A DNA stretch of 64,000 nt, taken from Halioglobus sp. (lineage in GTDB: Bacteria > Pseudomonadota > Gammaproteobacteria > Pseudomonadales > Halieaceae). Shown here piece after piece: positions 1 through 9,370 of the stretch. Every line of letters starts with the position of its first letter. Position 1 is the first letter of the stretch. The notes under the pieces were generated by a model that worked only from the letters and a program-made list of their open reading frames with translations, did no database searches and was not told where the DNA came from. A program made the position numbers and the translations under genes. The stretch covers positions 746 through 64,745 of the forward strand of contig JBDNIE010000365.1 in the NCBI GenBank assembly GCA_041688425.1, in the 5' to 3' direction.

Positions 1-98
<98 letters not shown>

Positions 99-334
99 GC
101 ACTGGGGGTTTGGTGCTGACGCTGCTTGAAGTTTTTGGTTGCTGCTGCTGAACACGAGCCCGAGAGCCAGATGTACGGGCTCGGGCGGCAAGGTCCTCTC
201 GCCATAAAGTCCCGCCCACACATCTGACTCTCAGGCTCTCTGCTCGCGACAAGTTTCAAACTGAGGTACTAGCAGATTCGCAATGCCGCTGACGGCGCAG
301 TGGTATACTCGGTCGCGACAAGGACACTTCAATC

Positions 335-1255
335 ATGCGCCAAAGCTTCGCCCAACTCTCCGATCCCCACCTCAGCTCGCTAGCCGCTGTGCGCCCCCGC
401 GACCTGCTCAGCAAGCGGGCACTGGGCTATTTGTCATGGCGCCGCAAACGGCGTTTTGAGCATCGCATGGAGGTGCTTGAGGCGCTGCAGCGCGATCTGG
501 CTGGAACAATACTCGACCAATTGCTGGTCACCGGCGATCTGACCCATATCGGCTTGCCGGCGGAGTTCCAACAAGCCAGTGAATGGCTGCAGGCGCTGGG
601 CGACCCCAACGATGTGGCTGTGGTACCGGGAAATCATGACGCCTGTGTTGCGGCACCGTGGGCACAGACCTTCGCGCTGTGGCAGGACTACATGGCCTCG
701 GATCGCGGCAGTGACGAGGCCACCGGGGCGACGACCTTTCCCAGCCTCAGAGTGCGCGGTGACATTGCCTTCATCGGGCTTTCCACAGGCTGCCCGAAAC
801 CGCCCCTGATGGCCACCGGGACGCTGGGGCCAGAGCAGTTGCGCCAGTTACCCGCTCTATTAAAAAGCGCTGCAAGCAAGCAGCAGTTCCGGGTCGTGTA
901 CTTACACCACTGCCCGTTGAGCGGACATGAGAAATGGCGCAAGCGCCTCACCGATGCCGCGCAGATTCAGGCGCTGCTGCAGGAGCACGGCGCGGAACTG
1001 GTGTTGCACGGGCATGGACACCGTGCGCATTTCAACGAATTGCCAAGCCGTATCGGGGTTGTGCCTGTCCTCGCGGTGCCGTCCGCCTCTGCTCTGGGCC
1101 TGCACGGTGCGGATATCGCGCAATACAACCGTTATACGGTGGACCGTAATCACCAGGGCTGGGAACTGCAGATAGAAACCCGCGGCTATCGGGCTCAATC
1201 GGACGAGTTCGGCGCAGGGGGCAGCAGAACGCTACAGCTGAACCGCAGGTATTAA
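335..1255 (+). CDS. metallophosphoesterase (calcineurin-like phosphoesterase family)
   Basis: 306-aa ORF with dimetal-phosphoesterase motifs VTGDLTH, VVPGNHD and LHGHGH. Confidence 0.8.
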   Translation: MRQSFAQLSDPHLSSLAAVRPRDLLSKRALGYLSWRRKRRFEHRMEVLEALQRDLAGTILDQLLVTGDLTHIGLPAEFQQASEWLQALGDPNDVAVVPGNHDACVAAPWAQTFALWQDYMASDRGSDEATGATTFPSLRVRGDIAFIGLSTGCPKPPLMATGTLGPEQLRQLPALLKSAASKQQFRVVYLHHCPLSGHEKWRKRLTDAAQIQALLQEHGAELVLHGHGHRAHFNELPSRIGVVPVLAVPSASALGLHGADIAQYNRYTVDRNHQGWELQIETRGYRAQSDEFGAGGSRTLQLNRRY

Positions 1256-1267
1256 CGCGACTGAGCC

Positions 1268-2086
1268 TCAGGCGTCCTCGGCCGCCGCCTTCTCCAGCGC
1301 GCCCTGCACCAGCATCAGGTCGGCGATGGAATCCACGTCAATTGCGGCGTTCGCATAAGGTAATATCACCGCACGCATTCGCAAACCCAACCGCTTACTG
1401 AGCTTGGCCAGCGCCTCTTCCAGCGACAACAATCCCAGGCGGTAGCGGATCACCGCCCACCAACCCAGCAAACCGATGACTACCAGCGGTTTTTTACGTT
1501 GCTGCTCGATCTTGCGCCAGAATTTCGCCGCGCGACGGCCTTCCGGCGTGATAAAGGCAAACAGGTTGCACCCGCAAAAATCACCGTCACTGAAGCGCAG
1601 CACGGTCTTGCGGATGCCCGGGTAGGCCTCTGCGACCAACGCGTAGGGCGCCAGGCCGACGGTGATATCAACATCGTCCGCCAGGCTCTGCCGGGCGAAG
1701 GCATCGACTATTTCGGGGGTCAACAGAGGGTGGTCTGCGGTCGTCAACAACACGGCTTCATCCGGCGGGAGCGCCTGCATCGCCTGATAGGCACTGGTGC
1801 TGGGGCTGATACCCGGCTCGCTCCAGCTAATCTCGCCGTCGTCAATCCACTTTTGCAGCGCCTCGTCCGTGGCAACTTCACTGGCTTCGGGCCCAGCCAT
1901 ACAGATTTTATTCACTACCCTAGCCTGTCGCAGTGAGTTGAGCACCCTGCGCACCATAGGGGTGCCCTCCAAATCAATCATGGCTTTACTGCCAGCCTTG
2001 GTGTGATTGATGAGCGAGTCAGCCTTGGTGCGATCACCGGCCAGCACAATGGCCGTCATACGGTGCCTTTCGGGATCCAGTTGCAT
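1268..2086 (-). CDS. MobA-like NTP-transferase domain protein (nucleotidyltransferase)
   Basis: N-terminus MTAIVLAGDR..KAMIDLEGTPMV resembles the nucleotide-binding loop of NTP_transf_3 proteins. The more likely start is Met10 at 2059, behind GAAAGG. Confidence 0.7.
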   Translation of the reverse strand: MQLDPERHRMTAIVLAGDRTKADSLINHTKAGSKAMIDLEGTPMVRRVLNSLRQARVVNKICMAGPEASEVATDEALQKWIDDGEISWSEPGISPSTSAYQAMQALPPDEAVLLTTADHPLLTPEIVDAFARQSLADDVDITVGLAPYALVAEAYPGIRKTVLRFSDGDFCGCNLFAFITPEGRRAAKFWRKIEQQRKKPLVVIGLLGWWAVIRYRLGLLSLEEALAKLSKRLGLRMRAVILPYANAAIDVDSIADLMLVQGALEKAAAEDA

Positions 2087-2088
2087 TG

Positions 2089-3237
2089 CTATAATTCTTT
2101 TTGGTAGACGCGGTAGCGTTTATACGCCACGCCGCCGATGGTTTCAATGATATTGCGCATGCCGTCGTTATCCTCAAGTATCCAGCCCATTTCAACGTCC
2201 TTCACACCGCGCGCATGCAGCGCCTTGCGTACAGCGTCTATCACCATAAACGCCAGAGTCGGTCCCAGACGCGAATGCTGGAAGCTCTGCTTAACCCCCA
2301 TCAGGGGTACGCGAGCCGTTTTCGGATGGCCAACCTTCAGCCGCCAGAGGAGCTTGGCCCAGCCAAAGGGCAGCAACGAGCCCTTCAGGTCGCGAGCCGC
2401 TTCATTGAGATTGGGCAGCGCCACTATAAAAGCGACTGCCTCGCCGTCGTACTCGGCGATCTGGATGTAGTCGTCGGGCATCAGTTTTGTCAGTGTGGAT
2501 ACCGTTTCGATCCAGTCCGCTTCCGCCAGCGGCACAAACCCCCAGTTGCTCCGCCACGCATCGTTAAAGATATCCAGCATAATGCGCGCATCTTCCCGCA
2601 GGTGTTTGCGCCTGACTGAGCGCACCCTGACGCGATCCGATACGCGCTGCGCCAGCCGCTCCATAATGCGCGGCGCTTCAAAATCCGGTTTTACATGATA
2701 CGCCAGCAGGTCTTTTGCTCCGATGTACCCCTGCGACTCCACGCCCGCGCCGTACCACGGTCGCGCATGGCCCATGAGAACGTAGGGCGGCGTAGAAAAG
2801 CCCTTTACCAACAAACCCACTTCCTCGTTAACATGCAAATTGAATGGTCCGCGCACCTGTCGCATGCCTTCACTGCGCAGCCAATTCTCAGCGACCTCGA
2901 ACAACACTGCAAATATGGCCGGATCATCATCTGCTTCCAGCATGCCGAAGTAACCTGTTGCGTCCGCATGCTGCTGCAGATGCATCTCGTCGATCTGGGC
3001 GGTGATCCGCCCGACCGGCTCCCCGCCGCGCAAGGCAATCCAGGCGCACCAGCGAGCGTGTTCGAAAAAATGGTTTTTCGGGGACATCTGCTCGCGTTTC
3101 ATAAAATCGAGCGGCGCTATCCACGCTGGGTCAGATGCGTAAATACGCTTCGGCAGCGCTAGAAACTGCCGCATCTGTGCAGATTCAGTCACGCGTTCCA
3201 CGGTGATTAGCGCGCTGTTATCGTTATTCGCTGTCAT
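2089..3237 (-). CDS. GNAT-fold acyl-CoA N-acyltransferase-like protein (about 380-aa family usually annotated N-acetyltransferase)
   Basis: 382-aa ORF, 2 nt upstream of the NTP-transferase ORF. Length and sequence recall the conserved proteobacterial family annotated as N-acetyltransferase. Recognition is from memory, not motif-proven. Confidence 0.6.
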   Translation of the reverse strand: MTANNDNSALITVERVTESAQMRQFLALPKRIYASDPAWIAPLDFMKREQMSPKNHFFEHARWCAWIALRGGEPVGRITAQIDEMHLQQHADATGYFGMLEADDDPAIFAVLFEVAENWLRSEGMRQVRGPFNLHVNEEVGLLVKGFSTPPYVLMGHARPWYGAGVESQGYIGAKDLLAYHVKPDFEAPRIMERLAQRVSDRVRVRSVRRKHLREDARIMLDIFNDAWRSNWGFVPLAEADWIETVSTLTKLMPDDYIQIAEYDGEAVAFIVALPNLNEAARDLKGSLLPFGWAKLLWRLKVGHPKTARVPLMGVKQSFQHSRLGPTLAFMVIDAVRKALHARGVKDVEMGWILEDNDGMRNIIETIGGVAYKRYRVYQKEL

Positions 3238-3274
3238 GCTGCGGCGCTGTATCCATTAAATAGCGGGCAAGTAT

Positions 3275-3291
3275 AGCGTTGAATCAACGCT
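3275..3291. promoter_or_regulatory. perfect palindrome AGCGTTGA-a-TCAACGCT in the divergent region between the GNAT-like gene and the GT4 gene
   Basis: 8-bp arms read directly; lies about 40 nt upstream of the minus-strand start at 3237. Function (operator or hairpin) unknown. Confidence 0.3.
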
Positions 3292-3440
3292 CTGAGAAAT
3301 CGGGCGGCATCTCGCGTATCTGCCCGTGCACTGGAACAACTCGCAGCAAAACTGGGGCGTGGAGTGGAGTGCAGTGCGAGTTCAGACAAGAACGGCTCTT
3401 GTTCGAGATTCCAGATCGGCGATGAATTGAATGTCTTAGG

Positions 3441-3549
3441 GTTGGGAGACGCCGTAAATAGGCTCCTGTAGGCCGGGGCTCGGCTTCCTGCCTTCTACAG
3501 TCCCAACCGCATGACATTCAACTCACCGCCTAAGTGCCACCTTTGGGCT
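3441..3549 (+). repeat. structured REP-like intergenic element, copy A (contains the shared 24-nt core CCGCCTAAGTGCCACCTTTGGGCT at 3526-3549)
   Basis: Nested inverted repeats GTTGGGA(3441-3447)/TCCCAAC(3501-3507), CTGTAG/CTACAG and GCCG..CGGC. Segment 3485-3549 aligns without gaps to 29838-29902. Confidence 0.6.
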
Positions 3550-3783
3550 ACAAAAGGGGCGGTTCAGACATTATTTTGGGAACGCAGGAACAATGTCGAC
3601 TCATTTTCTTCGGTGTATACTATACGCTTGCTCGTCTCAACCTATAGTGCCACCAACGCTGCCATCCGAAACTTCCGGGCTGTGGATATTCATTTTGTTT
3701 GAAGTTGACCAGCGCAACGAGGTGTGGCCCACGGGGATACAGCATTGTTGTCGCGGATGTCCTGCGCACAAGAGACTGAAGGA

Positions 3784-5037
3784 ATGAACGACACCCCACC
3801 CACTGAGACTCGCGCCGCGAGGATTGCAGTGCTCCTGCCCTCGCTGGAGGGCGGCGGTGCTGAGCGCTCCATGCTAAACCTGATCAAAGGCTTTCTGGCG
3901 CAGGGTCGGACGGTTGATCTGGTGCTATGTCAGGCAAAAGGCGCGCTCATCAGGGATATCCCAGAGGGCGCGAACCTTGTAGAGCTGGAGGCCGTCAACG
4001 GTTTGCGGGCGAGATGGATGGCGGCGACGGGCAATATCAGAGATTTTTTTGTGTTGCTGCGTCCGATACTACTGACTAAAAAGATTGCACCGGAACTCGC
4101 CCGGATTACAGCGTTACAACAATACATGCAATCTGCCCGGCCCGACGTGGTGCTATCAGCACTCACCTATGCCAACATCGCACTGATATGGGCGAAGCAG
4201 ATGTCCGGCTCCAGCGTCTCGATCATCGTCAGTGAGCGCATCGCTCTGTCCAGCTACTGCGCAGCGCCCTCCAATTCTCGCAAATGGCGCTGGCGCTATC
4301 TGCCGGGTGTGGTGCGCCGGACTTATCCAGGCGCCGATTCCGTGATTGCGGTATCGCATCATGCCGCAGACGAGTTGATCACTGATATTGGGTTGAGTCG
4401 GCAGTCCGTTAAGATCATCCATAATCCCGTTGTCGATGACACTCTGCGAGCGAGCGCGAAAGTCGCGTTGGACCATCCCTGGTTCGCACCCGACTCGGCT
4501 CCGGTGATACTGGCTGTAGGCCGAATGACGGAACAAAAAGATTTCCCGACGCTAATGCGCGCCTTCGCTCAGGTGCGCCGGTACACGCCTGTGCGACTGG
4601 TGATACTCGGTGAGGGCCGACTGCGCGCGGACCTGTGGCAACTCGCAGAGGACCTCGGCATTCAGGAGGACGTAGACATGCCAGGCTTCGTCGACAACCC
4701 ATTTCAATATATGGCGCGCGCTAAGGTGCTTGTATTGTCGTCTCTGTACGAGGGCTTACCCGGCGTACTTATTCAGGCGCTGGCTTGCGGTTGCCCGGTA
4801 GTCAGCACGGATTGCCCCGGTGGTTCCCGGGAGATTCTAGGCGACGGGGAGTATGGCGCGCTTGTACCAGTAGGCGAGGTGGAGCCCATGGCGACTGCGA
4901 TTCGGACGGAGATGGCGCAACCCTCAAACCGGGACAAACTGCTGCGCAGAGCGCAGGACTTCTCGGTCGATCGGGCGGTCAACCACTATCTGGATTTGCT
5001 GGACTCAATAGTCGCACAGGCTGCAAATCCAAAATAA
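3784..5037 (+). CDS. glycosyltransferase family 4 (GT-B fold)
   Basis: RIAVLLPSLEGGGAERSMLNL N-terminus and SLYEGLPGVLIQALACGCPVVSTDCPGGSREIL C-terminal GT4 signature. Start placed at ATG 3784 behind GAAGGA; the ORF track starts at 3724. Confidence 0.85.
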   Translation: MNDTPPTETRAARIAVLLPSLEGGGAERSMLNLIKGFLAQGRTVDLVLCQAKGALIRDIPEGANLVELEAVNGLRARWMAATGNIRDFFVLLRPILLTKKIAPELARITALQQYMQSARPDVVLSALTYANIALIWAKQMSGSSVSIIVSERIALSSYCAAPSNSRKWRWRYLPGVVRRTYPGADSVIAVSHHAADELITDIGLSRQSVKIIHNPVVDDTLRASAKVALDHPWFAPDSAPVILAVGRMTEQKDFPTLMRAFAQVRRYTPVRLVILGEGRLRADLWQLAEDLGIQEDVDMPGFVDNPFQYMARAKVLVLSSLYEGLPGVLIQALACGCPVVSTDCPGGSREILGDGEYGALVPVGEVEPMATAIRTEMAQPSNRDKLLRRAQDFSVDRAVNHYLDLLDSIVAQAANPK

Positions 5038-5051
5038 CAGGGAAATTTGCA

Positions 5052-7010
5052 ATGTGCGGGATTACAGGATTTATACAATATGGCGGCGAGTCATCGGAAG
5101 AGCTCGCCCGCCGCTGTCAACGCATGGCAGACACAATAGCGCACCGCGGCCCTGATGCTGACGGGGTATGGGTGGATCCCTCATACCCGATCGCGCTGGG
5201 CCACCGGCGCCTCTCTATCATCGATCTGTCGGAGGCCGGCGCTCAGCCGATGGTGTCGTCATCCGGTCGCTACGTGCTCTCTTTCAACGGGGAGGTCTAC
5301 AACTTTTCCAGACTGCGCCGCGAAGCCGGGATATCCGATTACCCTTATCAGGGCCACTCCGATACCGAAGTGATTCTGGCAGCAGTGCAACACCTGGGCG
5401 TGGAGCAGGCCATCAGCAGGCTGGAAGGCATGTTCGCAATCGCATTGTGGGACAGACAGGAACGCTGTCTGTGGCTGGCCAGAGACAGGGTGGGTAAAAA
5501 GCCGCTTTACTATGGCTGGAGTGGCAACAGCCTGCTGTTCGGGTCGGAACTCAAAGCCCTGCGCAAGCACCCGGACTTTGACCGTGAGCTGGATCGTAAT
5601 GCGCTGGGACAATACCTGCAGTATGGCTGGGTGTCACAGCCATTATCTATTTACAAACACGTGCGCAAACTGCCGCCGGGCAACCTCCTTCGAATAGCAC
5701 AGGACTGCAAACCCTGGGACGCTCAGCCCAGCGCCTTCTGGAGCGCCAAAGCAGTAGCTGAACAGGGCGAGCGCAACCGCTTCACGGGCAGTTACGAGGA
5801 CGCCGTAGGACAACTGGACATTGTGCTCAATGCGGCAGTGAATGACCGCATGGTGGCCGACGTGGAATTAGGCGCGCTACTCTCCGGCGGCATTGATTCC
5901 TCGATGATCGTCGCGCTGATGCAGAAGCAGTCTGATCGCCCTATCAAAACCTTCAGCATCGGGTTCTGGGAAGAAAAATACAATGAAGCTGAGTACGCTT
6001 CTGCGGTGGCCCGCCACCTGAAAACGGACCATTACGAAATGTATGTCACGCCCGATCAGGCGCTGGACGTGGTGGAAGATCTGCCGCACATCTACGACGA
6101 GCCATTTGCTGACTCGTCGCAAATACCCACCTACCTGGTCTGCAAGCTGGCGCGGGAGCAGCTTAAGGTTGTGCTGACCGGCGATGGCGGTGATGAGCAA
6201 ATGGCCGGTTACCGCCGCTACCAAACGGGCCTCAATCATTGGCGCGATGTGCAGCGCGTCCCCGCAGGAGCAAGAAGTCTGGTGCAGCACATGGCGAGTG
6301 CACTGGGCACCGGGAGTTGGGGTTATGCAAAACGCTACGCTAACGAGGGAAAGTCTGTGCCGCGCTGGACGCGCAAACTGGGGAAGATCAGCCAGCGTTC
6401 CTGCAACTGGGCAGCGAACTCGCCGCAACAAATCCTGGCCAACAAATTCAATAAATGCCTGGCGGTAGACCAGTTTGTGCCGGGGGCGATCGATACCTCG
6501 ACGCCTCTGTCAGATCCATCGTACTGGGCGGACGTCGAGGATCCGCTGCTGTCGATGCTCCACTACGACTATACCGGTTACCTGCCGGACGATATTCTGG
6601 TCAAAGTTGATCGGGCCAGCATGGCAGTGGGTCTGGAGGCGCGAGCGCCACTACTTGATCACCGGGTGCTGGAACTGGCCTGGTCTCTGCCGAGAAACTT
6701 CCTGTTCGACGGCACTGTGGGTAAGCGGGTGCTGCGAGATCTGCTCACCCAATATGTACCCCGCAAGCTGATAGATCGACCCAAGCGCGGCTTCAGTGTG
6801 CCGATAAAGGAATGGCTGGTCGGTCCGCTGCGGGATTGGGCTGAAGATCTGCTGTCGGAAAAAACGCTGCAGGAGCAGGGCATATTTGATGTCAGCAGTG
6901 TGCGCGATGCCTGGCATCAGCACCTGTACGGGTGGGCCAATCACTCCGAACTGATGTGGTCTATCCTCATGTTTCAGGCCTGGTGGAAAGCACAATCGCT
7001 GGAGGCCTAG
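5052..7010 (+). CDS. asparagine synthase (glutamine-hydrolysing) family amidotransferase
   Basis: MCGITGF N-terminus (Ntn Cys2) and LSGGIDSS PP-loop. The ORF-track start at 4785 overlaps the GT4 gene, so ATG 5052 is taken instead. Confidence 0.9.
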   Translation: MCGITGFIQYGGESSEELARRCQRMADTIAHRGPDADGVWVDPSYPIALGHRRLSIIDLSEAGAQPMVSSSGRYVLSFNGEVYNFSRLRREAGISDYPYQGHSDTEVILAAVQHLGVEQAISRLEGMFAIALWDRQERCLWLARDRVGKKPLYYGWSGNSLLFGSELKALRKHPDFDRELDRNALGQYLQYGWVSQPLSIYKHVRKLPPGNLLRIAQDCKPWDAQPSAFWSAKAVAEQGERNRFTGSYEDAVGQLDIVLNAAVNDRMVADVELGALLSGGIDSSMIVALMQKQSDRPIKTFSIGFWEEKYNEAEYASAVARHLKTDHYEMYVTPDQALDVVEDLPHIYDEPFADSSQIPTYLVCKLAREQLKVVLTGDGGDEQMAGYRRYQTGLNHWRDVQRVPAGARSLVQHMASALGTGSWGYAKRYANEGKSVPRWTRKLGKISQRSCNWAANSPQQILANKFNKCLAVDQFVPGAIDTSTPLSDPSYWADVEDPLLSMLHYDYTGYLPDDILVKVDRASMAVGLEARAPLLDHRVLELAWSLPRNFLFDGTVGKRVLRDLLTQYVPRKLIDRPKRGFSVPIKEWLVGPLRDWAEDLLSEKTLQEQGIFDVSSVRDAWHQHLYGWANHSELMWSILMFQAWWKAQSLEA

Positions 7011-7165
7011 GGCTGCTATTTGACGCGGCAGATATGACCGTTCCAAACGCGGTAATAGTGGCCCGTTCACCGCCAACAGATGCGTTCTGATCCTCGACTT
7101 CCTGACCTCGCCTTGACAAAACAGGTAACACGGACTCCATCGCGTAGCGCGCGGCACAATCGCTC

Positions 7166-7212
7166 AAAAAATATATTTTTATTGTTAAATATCAATGGTT
7201 TAAAAAATAATT
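7166..7212. promoter_or_regulatory. A/T-only tract inside the 580-bp untranslated region upstream of the FAAL operon (possible UP element or bending site)
   Basis: AAAAAATATATTTTTATTGTTAAATATCAATGGTTTAAAAAATAATT stands out in an otherwise GC-rich window. No confident -35/-10 pair assigned. Confidence 0.3.
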
Positions 7213-7591
7213 CCGTCTCAGAACAGCCCCCCATCGAAGCCCGTTCCGGCGCCTGTAGGCCGCGTGATAGCCGCCATTATGAATTGCGCACGTCCAAACC
7301 ACATAACCCATCTGTGCGATTGTTCACGCCAGCCATTGGTATTATTTCCTATAAGGCGCAATGCCCAAAATGCTAGGATTACACCCTGTCAGGTAACCCT
7401 TTTCGGGGCCTGAGCGCAGGGTGCCCGCATGTACACATGCTTGTGTAGAAGACTGACAAGTGGCCCGTACGTATACCCCGTTGGGGAATTTATTGAGTTA
7501 AACGCTGTTCCTCTGTCCTTAAGGGGGCAAACAACGTCTGTTTTGAAATTTGTACACCGGCGGAGACATCGTCGAAAACGAGGAATCTACA

Positions 7592-9370
7592 TTGCCACAT
7601 ACTAACGTAAATGCCGCGTCTGCCTACGACAAGCTCCCCTTTCGTGCAGCCGACTTTGCCACACTGACGGAAGCACTCGACTACGCGGCTCAGGGCGATA
7701 CGGGCTCGAGCTTTTACACCGGCCGAGGCGCGGTCTATGCCACATTGTCCTATGCAGAGTTGCGCACGCAAGCGATTGAACTGGCTCATAAACTACTGGG
7801 ACTGGGACTCGAAAAAGGTGCTCGCGTAGCGCTGGTGGCCGAAACCAACCCGGACTTCATTCGTTTCTTTTATGCCTGCCAGTATGCCGGCCTGATTCCT
7901 GTCGCATTGCCGGCATCAGTCAAAGTCGGGGCACACCACGCCTACGTGGCGCAGTTACACCTGCTTCTGGAAGCCAGCGACGCCGCTATCGGTGTCGCCT
8001 CCGAGGGCTACCTGCCTTTCCTGCAGGAAGCCAGTGAGGGCCTTGCTATGCGCATGGTGGCAGTTCCCGAAGCTTTTTACGCACTCTCTGACCTGAAACA
8101 GGAACTGCCTGACGCCAACCCGGACGATATATCCTATATCCAATACACCTCTGGAAGCACACGCTTTCCCCGCGGTGTGGTGATAAAGCACAGCACTGCC
8201 ATGGCTAACCTACAGGGCATCATCTCGCACGGCCTGGAGATGAGTGCTGACGATCGTATGATGTCGTGGCTGCCGTTCTACCACGATATGGGTCTGGTGG
8301 GCTTCGTACTGGTGCCGATGGCAGCTCAGGTGAATATTGATTATCTGGACACCCGCGAGTTTGCAATGCGTCCGCGCCAGTGGCTGGCACTGATGACGCA
8401 GACTCGTGCAACCATCGCCTTTGCTCCCTCCTTCGGTTACGACCTGTGTGCACGCCGCGTGCGGCCCAATGACATCGAAACTTACGACCTCAGCAACTGG
8501 CGTATCGCCGGCATCGGCGCTGAGATGATCCGCCCCCAAACCCTTGAATATTTTGCCGAAATGATGGAGCCAGCAGGCTTTGATCGGCGCGCGTTCCTGG
8601 CTTGTTACGGCATGGCTGAATGCACTTTGGGCGTCAGCTTTTCGCCTCTATGGACCAGTTTCACAACGCACTATATCGACAGTGATCACCTTTCGGATCA
8701 TCACGAAGCCGTGTTGCTTGACGAGGACGACACGCAGGGCCGCGGCCGTCACTTTGTGAACTGTGGCATTCCGATGCCCAATTTCGAAGTGCAAGTTCGC
8801 GATGATAACCGCGTACTCAGTGACTGGGAGAGCGGCGTGATACACCTGCGCGGCCCCAGCGTAATGGCGGGCTATTTCAACTTGCCGGAGGAAACCAGTC
8901 ACGCGCTGAGCGACGATGGCTGGCTCAATACCGGTGATATCGGCTACCTGGTGGATGGCGTACTGACCATCACCGGTCGCAAAAAAGACCTGATCATCAT
9001 CCATGGCCGCAATATCTGGCCACAGGACCTTGAGCACGTTGCCGAAACGCAAGAAGAAGTGCGGGCAGGGGATGCCGTGGCGTTCTCGGCTCCCAACAGT
9101 GAGGGAGAGGAATTGTGCGTATTGATCGTGCAGTGTCGAGAGACTGATGCAGGCAAACGCAATAACCTGGTTCGTCGCCTTACCGCTCTGGTACGTATGG
9201 AAATGAGCCTGGACTGCTATGTTGAGCTGGTGCCTATTCACTCTCTGCCGCGCACCTCATCAGGCAAATTGTCGCGTGCCAAAGCACGGCTTGATTTCAT
9301 CAACGGCAACGACATGGACAGGCTCGACGCAGCCGCTGAAGAAGTGCGCCTTAGGGTGGCTTCCGCCTGA
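7592..9370 (+). CDS. fatty acyl-AMP ligase (FAAL-type adenylate-forming enzyme)
   Basis: YIQYTSGSTRFPRGVVIKH, NTGDIGY, and GRKKDLIIIHGRNIWPQDLE (the GRN..PQD.E box typical of FAALs such as FadD32), then SSGKLSR. Start taken as TTG 7592 behind GAGGAA; the ORF track gives TTG 7550. Confidence 0.85.
   Translation: MPHTNVNAASAYDKLPFRAADFATLTEALDYAAQGDTGSSFYTGRGAVYATLSYAELRTQAIELAHKLLGLGLEKGARVALVAETNPDFIRFFYACQYAGLIPVALPASVKVGAHHAYVAQLHLLLEASDAAIGVASEGYLPFLQEASEGLAMRMVAVPEAFYALSDLKQELPDANPDDISYIQYTSGSTRFPRGVVIKHSTAMANLQGIISHGLEMSADDRMMSWLPFYHDMGLVGFVLVPMAAQVNIDYLDTREFAMRPRQWLALMTQTRATIAFAPSFGYDLCARRVRPNDIETYDLSNWRIAGIGAEMIRPQTLEYFAEMMEPAGFDRRAFLACYGMAECTLGVSFSPLWTSFTTHYIDSDHLSDHHEAVLLDEDDTQGRGRHFVNCGIPMPNFEVQVRDDNRVLSDWESGVIHLRGPSVMAGYFNLPEETSHALSDDGWLNTGDIGYLVDGVLTITGRKKDLIIIHGRNIWPQDLEHVAETQEEVRAGDAVAFSAPNSEGEELCVLIVQCRETDAGKRNNLVRRLTALVRMEMSLDCYVELVPIHSLPRTSSGKLSRAKARLDFINGNDMDRLDAAAEEVRLRVASA

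Noticed and set aside
157-190. Hairpin GCCCGAG-n12-CTCGGGC after murA as a terminator.
   Set aside because: It has a 7-bp stem with a large loop and no downstream T-tract, which is not enough to call an intrinsic terminator.
3526-3549. The GTGCCA in the shared core as a sigma-54 (-24 TGGCAC) promoter on the opposite strand.
   Set aside because: The required TTGC element at the -12 spacing is absent (the sequence reads TGGCACTTAGGCGG). The orientation would also point away from all three downstream genes.
4785-5051. N-terminal 89-codon extension of the asparagine-synthase ORF.
   Set aside because: It overlaps the 3' end of the GT4 gene in another frame. AsnB-type enzymes must begin with Met-Cys (MCGITGF at 5052) for Ntn-amidotransferase chemistry.
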